Below are positions 9,473-19,500 of a stretch of DNA of 64,000 nt, in pieces. Source of the stretch: a virus. Below the pieces are notes generated by a model. The model saw only the letters and a list, made by a program, of their open reading frames with translations. It made no database searches and was not told the origin of the DNA. The position numbers and the translations under genes are program-made. Where the stretch lies: positions 11,587 to 75,586 of IMG/VR virus record IMGVR_UViG_3300024346_000039; one strand, given 5' to 3'. How positions within the stretch are numbered: position 1 is the stretch's first letter; each line of letters starts with the position of its first letter.

Positions 9473-11545
9473 ATGGACCAAATCAAAACAATGATGGACC
9501 AACTCTCAGACCTCGATGACTCACAAGTCAGCGAACTACAGAGTTCAATCATCAAAGAGTTTGAAGCGGTTGAGAAAGAAGAACCTTCTCTTGCAACAGT
9601 TGACGCGATGACGTCGCTTGCCGATATGCTTGACGGAGTTAGAAACGAAGTCATGCGCCGCGAAACTGCGGCCAAAGAACTCGCACAGCGAGCAGCCGAG
9701 GCCGCTAACCGCGTACACGGACAAGATGGCGAAGCAGCGGATAAGTCAATGGATGAAGAAAATCCTGATGCCGCACCAGCAGATGCAGAAGCACCTGCTG
9801 CTCCAGTAGAAGAAATGCCTAAAGAAGAAGTTGCTGCCGCACCAATGGAAGAAGAAGCACCTGTTGCTGACGCTCCTGTTGCTGAAGAAGCACCTATGGA
9901 TGAAAAAGCAGAAGAAACTGATACTGAAGAAGACACGGAGAAAAAGGACAAGAAGGAATATTCCATGACCGAATCAACAACTAATGCAGAGAAGAACTCA
10001 GAGTTCTCAACTGAAAACGCAGAAGCAGCGCCCGTTGCTGAAGCAACCACTGAAGTAGCAGCAGAAGTTGCCGCTCCAGTAGCAGAAGAAGCACCAGCAG
10101 CAGAAGCACCAGCAGCAGAAGAGGCAGCAGCATCAGATGATGCAGCAGCAGCAGATGCAGCAGTTGCAGATGCAGTTGATGGTTCAGAAGCATCAACCCA
10201 ATCAGAAGCAAGTGAACCAACTTTGGTTCAAGAAACTATGGAGGCACCTGTGACCGCCGCTGCCGAAAATGCAGACAACCTCAACATTGAGGTCCCGGCT
10301 GACCGTCGTCTTATCTCCCAGTCTTCTGCCGCACCTGTGGCAATCACAGCGGGCGCAGATATTCCTGGGTATACAGCCGGCAGCCCAATGAACGACATGA
10401 GCGCTGTTGCTGAAGCAATGTCAAAGCGCCTACACGGCCTACGTCGTGTAAACGGTGGAGATGGAGAGCAGCACATTGTTGCATCTGTCACTACTTCATT
10501 CCCAGAAGAGCGCACCCTTACTCAGGATGCAGAATCAAACTGGGCAAAAATCCAGGCTGTAACTGGCCCAGAAGCACTTGTTGCTTCAGGTGGTCACGCA
10601 GCACCATACACAATCAAGTACGACATCTTTGGTCTTGGTACCACTGCACGTCCAGTACGCGATTCACTTCCAACATTCCAGGCTGACCGTGGCGGTATCC
10701 GCTTCGTAACACCACCAGTTCTTTCATCATATGGAGACGCTGTAGGAATCTGGACAAACGCTAAGGATATTACTCCTGGCACAGACACCAAGACATCACT
10801 TACTGTTTCTGCTGCACAGGAAAACACTGTTGCAACAGATGCTGTAACTCTACAGTTGCAGTTCGGTAACTTGATGACTCGTGCTTACCCAGAACTAATC
10901 GCTCGTCACAACGAGTTGGGTCTTATCCAGCACGCTCGTGAAGCAGAGCAGAACCTTCTTTCAAAGATTGGTGCTGCTTCAACAGCAGTTACAACTACAA
11001 GCCTTATCGGCTTTGGTCGTGACTTCCTAGTCCAGATTGGACGCGCTGCTGCTGCTTACCGCTCACGCCACCGTCTAGAAGCAGATGCACCACTTCGTGC
11101 AATTGTTCCTTCATGGGTTGCTGACGCAATGCAAGCAGACCTTGCTCTAAATATGCCTGGCGACGGCACACTTGCTGTTGCTCAGTCAGAAATCAATGGC
11201 TACGTTAAGGCTCGTGGAGTTAACCTAACTACTTCACTTGACGCAACAGTCTTTGGAGCACAGGGCGCTGCCGCTCTTCTAGAGTTCGCAGATTCATTCA
11301 CATGGTACCTATTCGCAGAAGGTTCATTCTTGTTCCTTGATGGCGGTACTCTTGACCTCGGAATCATCCGCGACTCATCTCTAGTCGGTACAAACGACTA
11401 CAAGATGTTCGTTGAAACATTCGAGAACGTAGCATTTGTTGGTGTCGAGTCTCTCGCCATCACATCAACCATCTCTGTTAACGGTGTGGCTGCTGCCCTC
11501 CGCGACACAACAGGTGGCGCAACTGCTGCGGCTGTTGAGTACTAA
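9473..11545 (+). CDS. Major capsid (hexamer) protein with N-terminal acidic Ala/Glu/Pro-rich scaffold region
   Basis: Strong RBS and highly biased codons. Coiled-coil and low-complexity N-half, then ITAGADIPG, LVASGG, FQADRGG, FLDGGTLDLGIIRDS..NDYKMFVETFE motifs seen in actinophage (Rosebush-like) capsids. Confidence 0.85.
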   Translation: MDQIKTMMDQLSDLDDSQVSELQSSIIKEFEAVEKEEPSLATVDAMTSLADMLDGVRNEVMRRETAAKELAQRAAEAANRVHGQDGEAADKSMDEENPDAAPADAEAPAAPVEEMPKEEVAAAPMEEEAPVADAPVAEEAPMDEKAEETDTEEDTEKKDKKEYSMTESTTNAEKNSEFSTENAEAAPVAEATTEVAAEVAAPVAEEAPAAEAPAAEEAAASDDAAAADAAVADAVDGSEASTQSEASEPTLVQETMEAPVTAAAENADNLNIEVPADRRLISQSSAAPVAITAGADIPGYTAGSPMNDMSAVAEAMSKRLHGLRRVNGGDGEQHIVASVTTSFPEERTLTQDAESNWAKIQAVTGPEALVASGGHAAPYTIKYDIFGLGTTARPVRDSLPTFQADRGGIRFVTPPVLSSYGDAVGIWTNAKDITPGTDTKTSLTVSAAQENTVATDAVTLQLQFGNLMTRAYPELIARHNELGLIQHAREAEQNLLSKIGAASTAVTTTSLIGFGRDFLVQIGRAAAAYRSRHRLEADAPLRAIVPSWVADAMQADLALNMPGDGTLAVAQSEINGYVKARGVNLTTSLDATVFGAQGAAALLEFADSFTWYLFAEGSFLFLDGGTLDLGIIRDSSLVGTNDYKMFVETFENVAFVGVESLAITSTISVNGVAAALRDTTGGATAAAVEY

Positions 11546-11609
11546 GCCGTACCCAATAACTGAATAGTAAATTACCGAGCAGACACTTAGAAGAAAGAGG
11601 AATACAAAG

Positions 11610-12482
11610 ATGGCGTTTAAAGGAATTTATCCAGCATCAGAGTTGACCCCTGCCGCTTGCGGCCTTCTAAGTGTCGCTCGTGTAATGAAACACACGGGTT
11701 CAGATTCCGATGAAACTTGGATTCGTGGATTCTCATATGAGTTTGACTCACAACCAGAAGTTGAAATTTTTACAGTAAACGATGCAGTAACAACTGGTGG
11801 GGTAGTAGGAACATCTAATCTCCCACAGTATTTAGATTACGAGCCTTTCTTTATCCAAGTAACAGACACCCGTTCTGCTTTTGGAGTAACTGGTGAAGAC
11901 CGCTTTGCAATTACACTAAAGCAGTTGGAAGCAGCAACACAGAAGGCGGTAGAGCGCGAACTCTGGGAAGGCGTATCGGCTCTAGCAGAAACCAATTCAA
12001 ATTCATTTTTAAGAAAGAGCGGCTCAGCAACTGTTGTAGATTCAACAGCACTTGCTCCAGCAACTGCTCTTATGCTTTTAGAGCAAGCAATTGCCTCTGC
12101 ACCAACAGGTGAAGCAGGGGTAATTCACATGACCCGCGACGTAGCCTCACTTTTAGGCTCTCGCCTTATCTTTCTTCCATCAGACGGTGGAAAAGCAATG
12201 ACTCGCTTGGGAACCCCAGTAGTCATTGGTTCTGGTTATACAGGTGCTGGTCGCATTGGCGATGCAAACACCGCAGCGTCTGCTTCAAATAAGTGGATGT
12301 TTGCTACAGGTTCACTAGATGTGCACCTAAGCAAGCCAGAAGTTGTTAATGACAACCTAAGTCAGGGATTTACTGTAAGTAGTAACGTAAATACTCTATC
12401 TATCAGAGCAGTGCGCTCTGCTGCGGTATACTTTGACCCAAGTATTAATTTTACAGTTCGACTAGCGCTACCTACAACCTAA
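11610..12482 (+). CDS. Second capsid protein (putative major capsid pentamer protein)
   Basis: Between MCP and tail tube. GLLSVA, AVERELW.G, GVIHM, TRLGTPVVIGSGY and WMFATG motifs match pentamer-type proteins of two-capsid-protein actinophages. Confidence 0.65.
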   Translation: MAFKGIYPASELTPAACGLLSVARVMKHTGSDSDETWIRGFSYEFDSQPEVEIFTVNDAVTTGGVVGTSNLPQYLDYEPFFIQVTDTRSAFGVTGEDRFAITLKQLEAATQKAVERELWEGVSALAETNSNSFLRKSGSATVVDSTALAPATALMLLEQAIASAPTGEAGVIHMTRDVASLLGSRLIFLPSDGGKAMTRLGTPVVIGSGYTGAGRIGDANTAASASNKWMFATGSLDVHLSKPEVVNDNLSQGFTVSSNVNTLSIRAVRSAAVYFDPSINFTVRLALPTT

Positions 12483-12512
12483 TAAAACAAGAAAACACAA
12501 AGGAGATACAGA

Positions 12513-13556
12513 ATGGCCACTCAGGACTACGCGGCTTCCGTCCAAGGTGTGGCGATTCGAGTCACAAGACTCGACGCCTCGGGTAACCTGCTCACTAACG
12601 ATGGTGACAGTTACACAACCTCGGCGTTTCTTCGCGCTTCATTCACCCCAGAATACGAAGAGGGTGACGAAATTGTTGAGAAGTCAGCCGATGGAACAAT
12701 TTGCGTTTCATACAAGGCACCAGACACACTCAAGCGCATCACAATGGAACTCGCAATTTGCGAACCAGACCCAGAATTAACATCACTTCTTTCAGGTGGC
12801 TTGCTACTTCGTAAGAACTTCGGAACACTTAACACACCTGATAATCAGTCAGTCGGTTGGGCCGCACCAGCAGTTGGCGATAATCCAGCAGGAAACGGTG
12901 TTGCTCTAGAAGTTTGGTCATTTGCAGTAAAAGATGGAAAGCGTGCAACAACAAATCCATACTTCTACTGGGTATTCCCATACGTTAAGTTGCGCCAGTC
13001 AGGTGACCGCGTAATTGAAAACGGAATGCTTGCAAACACATTTGAAGGTTACGGCCTTGGAAACCAGTTCTTTGGAACAGGTCCAGATGGTCGTTGGGAA
13101 TTCCCAGTGGCAGCAGAGCGTCCATACTCATACGCTCGCGGAAACTGGGCTCCAACAGGTCTCAAGGGCTTCTATGACTGGTTCGACAACAAGTCAGTAT
13201 CAGTTAGCAACAAGTCTTTGACTTCTAACGTAGCAACTCTTACCACATCAGCCGCACACGGGTTTGAAATTGGTCAGACAGTTGTTGTTGCTGGCGTAGA
13301 TAGCACCTTCAATGGTACTTATCTAATCACTAACAAGACCAACAACACATTCACATATGCGAAGACAGCAACAGATGTTGCTTCAACAGCAGTTTCTCCA
13401 GTAGGAACAGCAGTTCGCCAGCGTGGATATATACCTGTAAGCAACTTTGCATATCAGTCATCAACATCACAATATAACGTTCCTGGTGGAATTACTTATA
13501 ATGCTGATTCACCTGTTGACTTCATCATTGCTTCATCACAGGACCCACAAGCGTAA
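12513..13556 (+). CDS. Major tail (tube) protein with inserted beta-module
   Basis: AIRVTRLD..G, EYEEGDEIVEK.ADG..C, C..DPEL and YWVFP motifs of actinophage tail tube proteins. Strong RBS. Confidence 0.85.
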   Translation: MATQDYAASVQGVAIRVTRLDASGNLLTNDGDSYTTSAFLRASFTPEYEEGDEIVEKSADGTICVSYKAPDTLKRITMELAICEPDPELTSLLSGGLLLRKNFGTLNTPDNQSVGWAAPAVGDNPAGNGVALEVWSFAVKDGKRATTNPYFYWVFPYVKLRQSGDRVIENGMLANTFEGYGLGNQFFGTGPDGRWEFPVAAERPYSYARGNWAPTGLKGFYDWFDNKSVSVSNKSLTSNVATLTTSAAHGFEIGQTVVVAGVDSTFNGTYLITNKTNNTFTYAKTATDVASTAVSPVGTAVRQRGYIPVSNFAYQSSTSQYNVPGGITYNADSPVDFIIASSQDPQA

Positions 13557-13565
13557 TATTACAAA

Positions 13566-13624
13566 AGGAGGGCGGACGACATTCCAGTCGTGTATTTTTA
13601 CACAAGGAAGTCGTCCGCTTTTCT
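13566..13624 (+). terminator. Long hairpin / intrinsic terminator after the major tail gene
   Basis: GCGGACGAC (13572-80) pairs with GTCGTCCGC (13610-18), with inner TTCC/GGAA and GTGTA/TACAC stems, followed by TTTTCT. Confidence 0.65.
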
Positions 13625-13642
13625 CATTAACGTAGGAGAGAC

Positions 13643-14782
13643 ATGAGCCATCTTTGGACTAATGCAGAAGACCTAGGGTCTTATGCTAATTCTGAATACG
13701 CCTATGATGCTGTAAAAACAGCCTCTTACCTTATGTGGGCAATGTCAGGTCGTAAATACTCTGGAACAACTACAGTTACAGAGCGCTACATATCGTCTTT
13801 TTCTCCCTACCTGAGAGTTGGGGCGTCGAGCCTTAATTTCTCTCCGGTACTTGTACAGGGGCAAGTTCAGAACGTTCAGGTGAACGTTTTTGGTAGATAT
13901 AACGATAGCGACTTTGCAGGAGATGGTTCATCTGCTGCAACTCGTGTGCGTTTGCGTGGACGCAAAGTAATTAAAATCCACACAGTGCGAGATATGAAGG
14001 GCAATGTAGTAGACCCTAAAGAATATTATTTAGTTGAGCACTCAACGATGCTTGCAATTCCTGGAGCAAGTTGGACCCCATCTAACGTAGAAATTACATA
14101 TACTTATGGAACAGAACCACCTACAGCAGGTAAAAATGCTGCTCGTATGTTGGCTCTTGAACTAGTTAAGTTATATGAAGGCGATGATACCTGCGCTCTT
14201 CCACAGCGTGTAACTTCAGTATCTCGTCAAGGAGTTTCATACACAATCCTTGACCAACAAGATTTTATTGACCAAGGCAAGACTGGCTTATACGCAGTTG
14301 ACCTATTCTTAAAAACTACCAACCCAGACAATGCTCGTGCTCGTTCACGAGTCTTCTCCCCTGACCAGCCTCGTGCTCGTCGTATGACACCTAAGCCATA
14401 TCTCTTTACCGAGACAGCATTTGACCTAAAGGTTCTTCCTACAGGCGGGGACACAGAAATCTTCCTTGATGAAGTTAGTGGAGATTTTCTACTTAACGAC
14501 AATGCTTGGGTAGTGTCTTTAACAGTTTCAGACTACACAGGCTCTAAGACAGTAAGTGTCCCTGGAGCAGCCACTCTTAATCGTGCTACTGGAAAGATTG
14601 CCTTATCCGTAGATTACAGCGATATCCTTGCTATTCTTGGACCTCGTGAGCCAGGAAGTTTTGATATCTACTGCACTCGACCAAGTCTAGGCAACCCTGC
14701 CGTTGACGAAGTTATCAACCTTCTTACAGCAAACATCTCTATTCAACTCGGAACACGAACAGAGACCATCTATACTTTCTAA
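13643..14782 (+). CDS. Head-to-tail adaptor
   Basis: A..LMWAMSGR.Y, ITYTYG..PP, CALPQRVTSVSRQGVS, TGL..VD.FL...NP motifs. Synteny. Confidence 0.75.
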   Translation: MSHLWTNAEDLGSYANSEYAYDAVKTASYLMWAMSGRKYSGTTTVTERYISSFSPYLRVGASSLNFSPVLVQGQVQNVQVNVFGRYNDSDFAGDGSSAATRVRLRGRKVIKIHTVRDMKGNVVDPKEYYLVEHSTMLAIPGASWTPSNVEITYTYGTEPPTAGKNAARMLALELVKLYEGDDTCALPQRVTSVSRQGVSYTILDQQDFIDQGKTGLYAVDLFLKTTNPDNARARSRVFSPDQPRARRMTPKPYLFTETAFDLKVLPTGGDTEIFLDEVSGDFLLNDNAWVVSLTVSDYTGSKTVSVPGAATLNRATGKIALSVDYSDILAILGPREPGSFDIYCTRPSLGNPAVDEVINLLTANISIQLGTRTETIYTF

Positions 14783-14809
14783 GTATAAGAATTTAAGAAG
14801 GAGAGACAT

Positions 14810-15316
14810 ATGAGCGGGTTACCAGACCTTTCACAGGTAGACGATGATGCAAAACATCTTGCTAACTTTTTACAAGCCGTACTTGATAAAGTTGTTTCGA
14901 CCTACGCTTCTTACGGTATGCCACTTCCAGCGCGACGCTACTGGACTTTAGGCGAGCCTTCAATAGATTGCGAACAACTTGTAGTATCTTTCCTTCAAAT
15001 GTATGTTGGCTCTCCAGGAGATGAAGCAACACAGCCTCGCCGATGTGCTGACCCACGAAGTGCAACAATAAATATTTCTGTTTCTCGTCAAGTTCCTACA
15101 GTAGGACAAAATGGTCGTCCGCCATCAGCCGAAACTATCGAGGCAGGTTCTCGTTTATCTGCGTATGATGCTTGGGTAATGATGGAAGGCGCAGCAAAAT
15201 TTGATGCCTGGGAAGAGACTGGTTTTGGTCTTGGCGTTATCGCTACAGTTGAGGTAAGAACTGCTGAAGGCGGATTTCAGACTGCTGTTCTCACGATGAC
15301 TGCTGGTGTCCCGTAA
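14810..15316 (+). CDS. Putative tail terminator / head-tail joining protein
   Basis: Synteny; DCEQLVV and EGG motifs. Confidence 0.55.
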   Translation: MSGLPDLSQVDDDAKHLANFLQAVLDKVVSTYASYGMPLPARRYWTLGEPSIDCEQLVVSFLQMYVGSPGDEATQPRRCADPRSATINISVSRQVPTVGQNGRPPSAETIEAGSRLSAYDAWVMMEGAAKFDAWEETGFGLGVIATVEVRTAEGGFQTAVLTMTAGVP

Positions 15317-15702
15317 TGGCAACAAAAGTAACATTTCGCAAGGCCGAGTATGAATTTTTCTTTAACGAGCCTTCTGGAAAAGTTGGAAGATATTTGGCTC
15401 TTAGAGGAGGACTTATTGTTCGTGCCGCTAAAGCCCAAGTTGGTGTAAGAACTGGTGCTCTAAGAGCGTCAATTCATATGCGCCACGCCCGTGATATTCG
15501 CGGTCAGTACATTAGAATTGGTTCGGCTATGAACTACGCACTCCTTCATCACGAAGGAAGCAAACCTCATATGATTAAGCCTGATAGGGCTCAAGTCTTG
15601 CGGTTTACGAGTCGTGGAAGAGTCATGTATGCCCATGCGGTCATGCATCCAGGAACCAAGCCTAACCGTTATTTAACAGATAACTTAGGGTTAATAAAAT
15701 AA
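15316..15702 (+). CDS. HK97 gp10-like tail completion protein
   Basis: VRTGALRASI, YALLHHEG, HPGTKPNRYL motifs. Confidence 0.75.
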   Translation: MATKVTFRKAEYEFFFNEPSGKVGRYLALRGGLIVRAAKAQVGVRTGALRASIHMRHARDIRGQYIRIGSAMNYALLHHEGSKPHMIKPDRAQVLRFTSRGRVMYAHAVMHPGTKPNRYLTDNLGLIK

Positions 15703-15754
15703 AAACGTTTACTGCAAAAGCAGAAACAAAAGACACAAGTGAAGGAAGAAAGAT

Positions 15755-16108
15755 ATGACGACAGCACGATTTAAAGATTTTGGTTCGGGTGGAGAAACTA
15801 ACCTTGAACCGTTGTCTTTTAAGATTCATGGAGAAGAGTTCCATTGCTATCCAAATATTCAAGGTAAGACTCTCTTGGATATGGTTTCGCAATCAATGCA
15901 GGAAGATACTGCAATGGCAATAGAAGTCCTTACTACTTTCTTTGATAAGACTCTAAAACCACAAAGTAAAGATGCATTTAATGCACTTATTAATGACCCA
16001 GAACGAATTGTCACGGTTGAAGCCCTTGGTGAAATTGTTACTTGGTTGGTGGAGCAGTATTCCTCGCGCCCTACACAGGGGTCAGAGGACTCACAGAGTG
16101 GGCAGTAG
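15755..16108 (+). CDS. Tail assembly chaperone (G)
   Basis: First of two ORFs before the tape measure gene. Ends in L.EIVTWLVEQYSSRPT. Confidence 0.75.
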   Translation: MTTARFKDFGSGGETNLEPLSFKIHGEEFHCYPNIQGKTLLDMVSQSMQEDTAMAIEVLTTFFDKTLKPQSKDAFNALINDPERIVTVEALGEIVTWLVEQYSSRPTQGSEDSQSGQ

Positions 16109-16497
16109 ACCTCTGGCCCTACGTTAATGGCAAAGCCCTTATGAGTGGCCTACACCTTACTTCAATGGAACTTAGTGAAATGTTAGACGTAATTCATTAT
16201 CTTTTTGAAGAAGACCTTATCCACGCACAAAGCGCTGAGCAAATAGATGCAAAAGAAAAAGTTAGAAGCATCATATATCGAGACTTTTATGGCCAAACTT
16301 ACAAATACGGCACTAAAGGAACAGATTATAATATGTCTAACGAGGTTTTACAAGATGGCCTTGTTGGAGACGAAGAAGACGAACTGAAGCCTTTTGACCC
16401 TACAAAGGCTCCCATTAAGCCTTACTTTGCCCCAACAAATCCTGACGAAAAATCTGCCAAACCTTTTGGTATGAATATTGATGCCCCGCTGGGCTGA
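16042..16497 (+). CDS. Tail assembly chaperone extension (T), in the -1 frame relative to G
   Basis: Overlaps G in the -1 frame, lacks an obvious RBS, and directly precedes the tape measure gene. Confidence 0.6.
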   Translation: MVGGAVFLAPYTGVRGLTEWAVDLWPYVNGKALMSGLHLTSMELSEMLDVIHYLFEEDLIHAQSAEQIDAKEKVRSIIYRDFYGQTYKYGTKGTDYNMSNEVLQDGLVGDEEDELKPFDPTKAPIKPYFAPTNPDEKSAKPFGMNIDAPLG

Positions 16498-16519
16498 GTA
16501 GTAGATTGGTGGTGATGGT

Positions 16520-19500
16520 GTGGCTGTAGTCGGTGATGCATATGTTGTTGTCCACGCCATCACTTCTGGCGTCAAAAAAGATATTGAACAAGGTTTTAAA
16601 GGCGTAGACCGTGTCGGCGAACAAGTTGGCAAAAGAATTGGTAAAAATTTAAATACTGGTCTAGCCCAGGCTATGACAAAAACCAATAGTTTTCTTACCC
16701 CTCAGTTGCAGAGAGAGTCTATTGCTGCTGCCGATGCATTTTCAAGTTTAACTCGTGCTGGATATGTTTTGGCTCCAGCAATTACAGCAGTTGTTGGTGC
16801 TATTGGAGCACTAGGTAACGGTCTTGTTTCATTAGTAGCGGTAACTTTGGCAGCGGGCCCAGCGTTTGCTGTTCTCACTAATGCTATGGCAGGTTTGATT
16901 GGGATATTAGCAACTGTAAAAATTGCTTTTAATGGAGTAGCCCAAGCAATTAGTGCTGGCTTAAAAGCGCAAAAAAGTTCAGTAGCAAACACTAGACAAA
17001 TTGCTAAAGCAGAACTTGCTTTAAAAAGAGCAACAGAGGACCTAGCACGAGCATATAAAGATGCCGCTGCATCTAACCAAAAAGCCCTTCGTGACGAGGA
17101 GCAAGCACAGAAGGCACTTAACAAAGCCCGTGAAGAAGCAATGGAGCAACTGCAACAACTTGCATTTGACTCAGAAGATGCGGCAATTAATGAACAGAAG
17201 GCTGCCCTTGAATTAGAAAAGGCTCGTGAAACTCTTGCTCGTGTTTCAGACCTTCCACCAAACTCTCGTGCTCGTAAAGAAGCAGAACTTGCATTTGCAC
17301 AGGCTGACCTTAATTATCGCCGTGCTATTGATAAAAACAATGACCTTAAAAAGACTGAAGCAAAAAATGCTCAGATGGGTAATGGAACAATACAAGCCCA
17401 AATTGAGGGGCAAGATAGTGTTATTTCTGCTCAAGAGGCTGCGGCAGAGGCATCTAGAAACGTTACACAAACAAGACTAGATAATGAAATAAAACTTACC
17501 CGTGCTACAGAAGATTTAAAACAACAGACAGAGGACTTGGCTAACCTTAAGATGGGGCCAGGTTTTGATGCTTTCCAAGACGCTTTAAATAATCTTCCAA
17601 AATCTGCTCAAGAATTTGTTAAATATATTGTTAGTCTTAAAGGTGCATTTAAAGACCTCCAAGAAGCAATCGGACAAGAACTTTTTCCTAAACTTGAAGA
17701 GGCTATAGACAAACTTGTAACAAAACTTCTTCCACGCCTTAAGCCTCTTTTTGCTGAAACAGGCAGCGTTCTTGGAGATGTAGCAAATAAAATTGCTGAC
17801 GTTCTCACGAGAGCAGACAATATAGAACGTATTGAAAGAATTTGGAAAACCAATAACGAAGCCCTAGGAATCTTTGGCGACACTATTGCCAACCTTATTG
17901 ACTCGTTCTTACTTATTGCAGACGCTGCTCGCCCCCTAGTTATTGAGTTTGCTAAGTGGACAAGAAACATTACTGGTGCGTGGAAGGCAACTCTTGAAGC
18001 AGACACTAAGTCTGGAAAACTTGCTGGAACCCTAGAGACAGCAGCAGAAGTTGTTCGCAGACTTGGAAAACTTTTCCGCGAGACTTTTGGTGCTATTGGA
18101 ACTCTTATCAAGGCAAACGTGGGTCCTGGAAGCGGTGGATTTTTCCTTCTTGACTACCTAACAAATGCTGCAACAAAATTAAAAAACCTTACTGAAGTTG
18201 ATGGTAAACCTCTTAAAGAATTCTTCCTTCAGGGTGCAATTAATGCTAGCAAGTTATTAGATATTCTTGGCGGTCTTTTAGGGGTTATTTTAAAAATTGG
18301 TGCAAGCGAAGGTATGCAAGGATTTCTTGATGCCTTAAAAGGCGCTATGCCTGATGTTGAAGGAATTGGAACGTCTCTAAGTAATTCACTACCAGCATTT
18401 GGAAAGTTTATTGCAGAATTTATTAGATTTGTTAGAACAGTAACAGATAGCGGTTCCATAACAATCTTCTTTAACACTCTTAGAATTGCACTAAAAGGCA
18501 TTACTGACTTCTTAAATACAGATTTTGGACAGGCACTTCTTAAAGGAGCAGCAGTAATATTGCCATTCCTTTTAGCCTTAAAAACAATTACTCAGGCTGG
18601 AAAGTTTTTTGGCGAAGTTATTTATGGAAACTACCTTAAGGTTGCAGGTATTTTAGATAAATTCCCTGGAATACTTACAAAAATGACCACAGCATTTAGA
18701 ACTGCTACAAGTGCTCAAGCGCTGTGGGGAGCAACTATGGCTGCCATCTCAAGCCCTGTAGTTATTGTTGTTGCTGCAATTGCAGCACTAATTGCAATTT
18801 TTGTTATGGCATATAAAGAGAGCGAGATTCTTAGAACAGCAGTTTCTGCTTTTGGTCAAGTTCTAAAAGATATTTTTAAAGGCGCTCTTGAAGAAGTAAA
18901 TACTGCTCTTAAGGCTTTGTTCCCAGGATTAGAGGGCGTCAAAGGTCTCTTTAAGGGCATAGGCGATGTAATTGGTTTGGTAATTATGCCTATCATCTCA
19001 CTGCTTGTTGGACGTTTAGTGGGTGTTTTAGTTGGTGCGCTGACTAGTGTTATTTATAAATTAGCAGCATTTAAAGATGGCTTTATGACTGTATTTAATC
19101 TTATAAAAGGAATTGTACTTTCCGTAACTGCACTCTTTACTGGCGAGTGGGATAAAGCATTTAAAGCCTTTGGAGACTCTGGCCGTAGTTTTGTTAATAT
19201 GTTTAAAAACATAATTAAAAGTATCATTTCACCATTTGTTTCAGCATTAAATGGAATTATTAATGCATGGAACAGTCTTTCTAAAAACTTTAAAGTTAAA
19301 ATTCCTGACTGGGTGCCTGGATTTGGAGGAAAAGAGTTTTCATTTCCTCCTATCCCTGGCCCTATTAACTTAGCAAATTTTGCAAAGGGAGGAATTGCCT
19401 ATCCTCAAGCAGGTGGAATCATTGCTCGTGTAGCAGAAGCAGGTCGCCCAGAACGTATTGAGCCTCTTGACCCAGACGGGCTATCAAAGCGCGATAAAGC

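Noticed and set aside
9364-10050. 228-aa antisense ORF over the capsid gene
   Set aside because: Shadow of biased Ala/Glu/Pro codons; no RBS or motifs.
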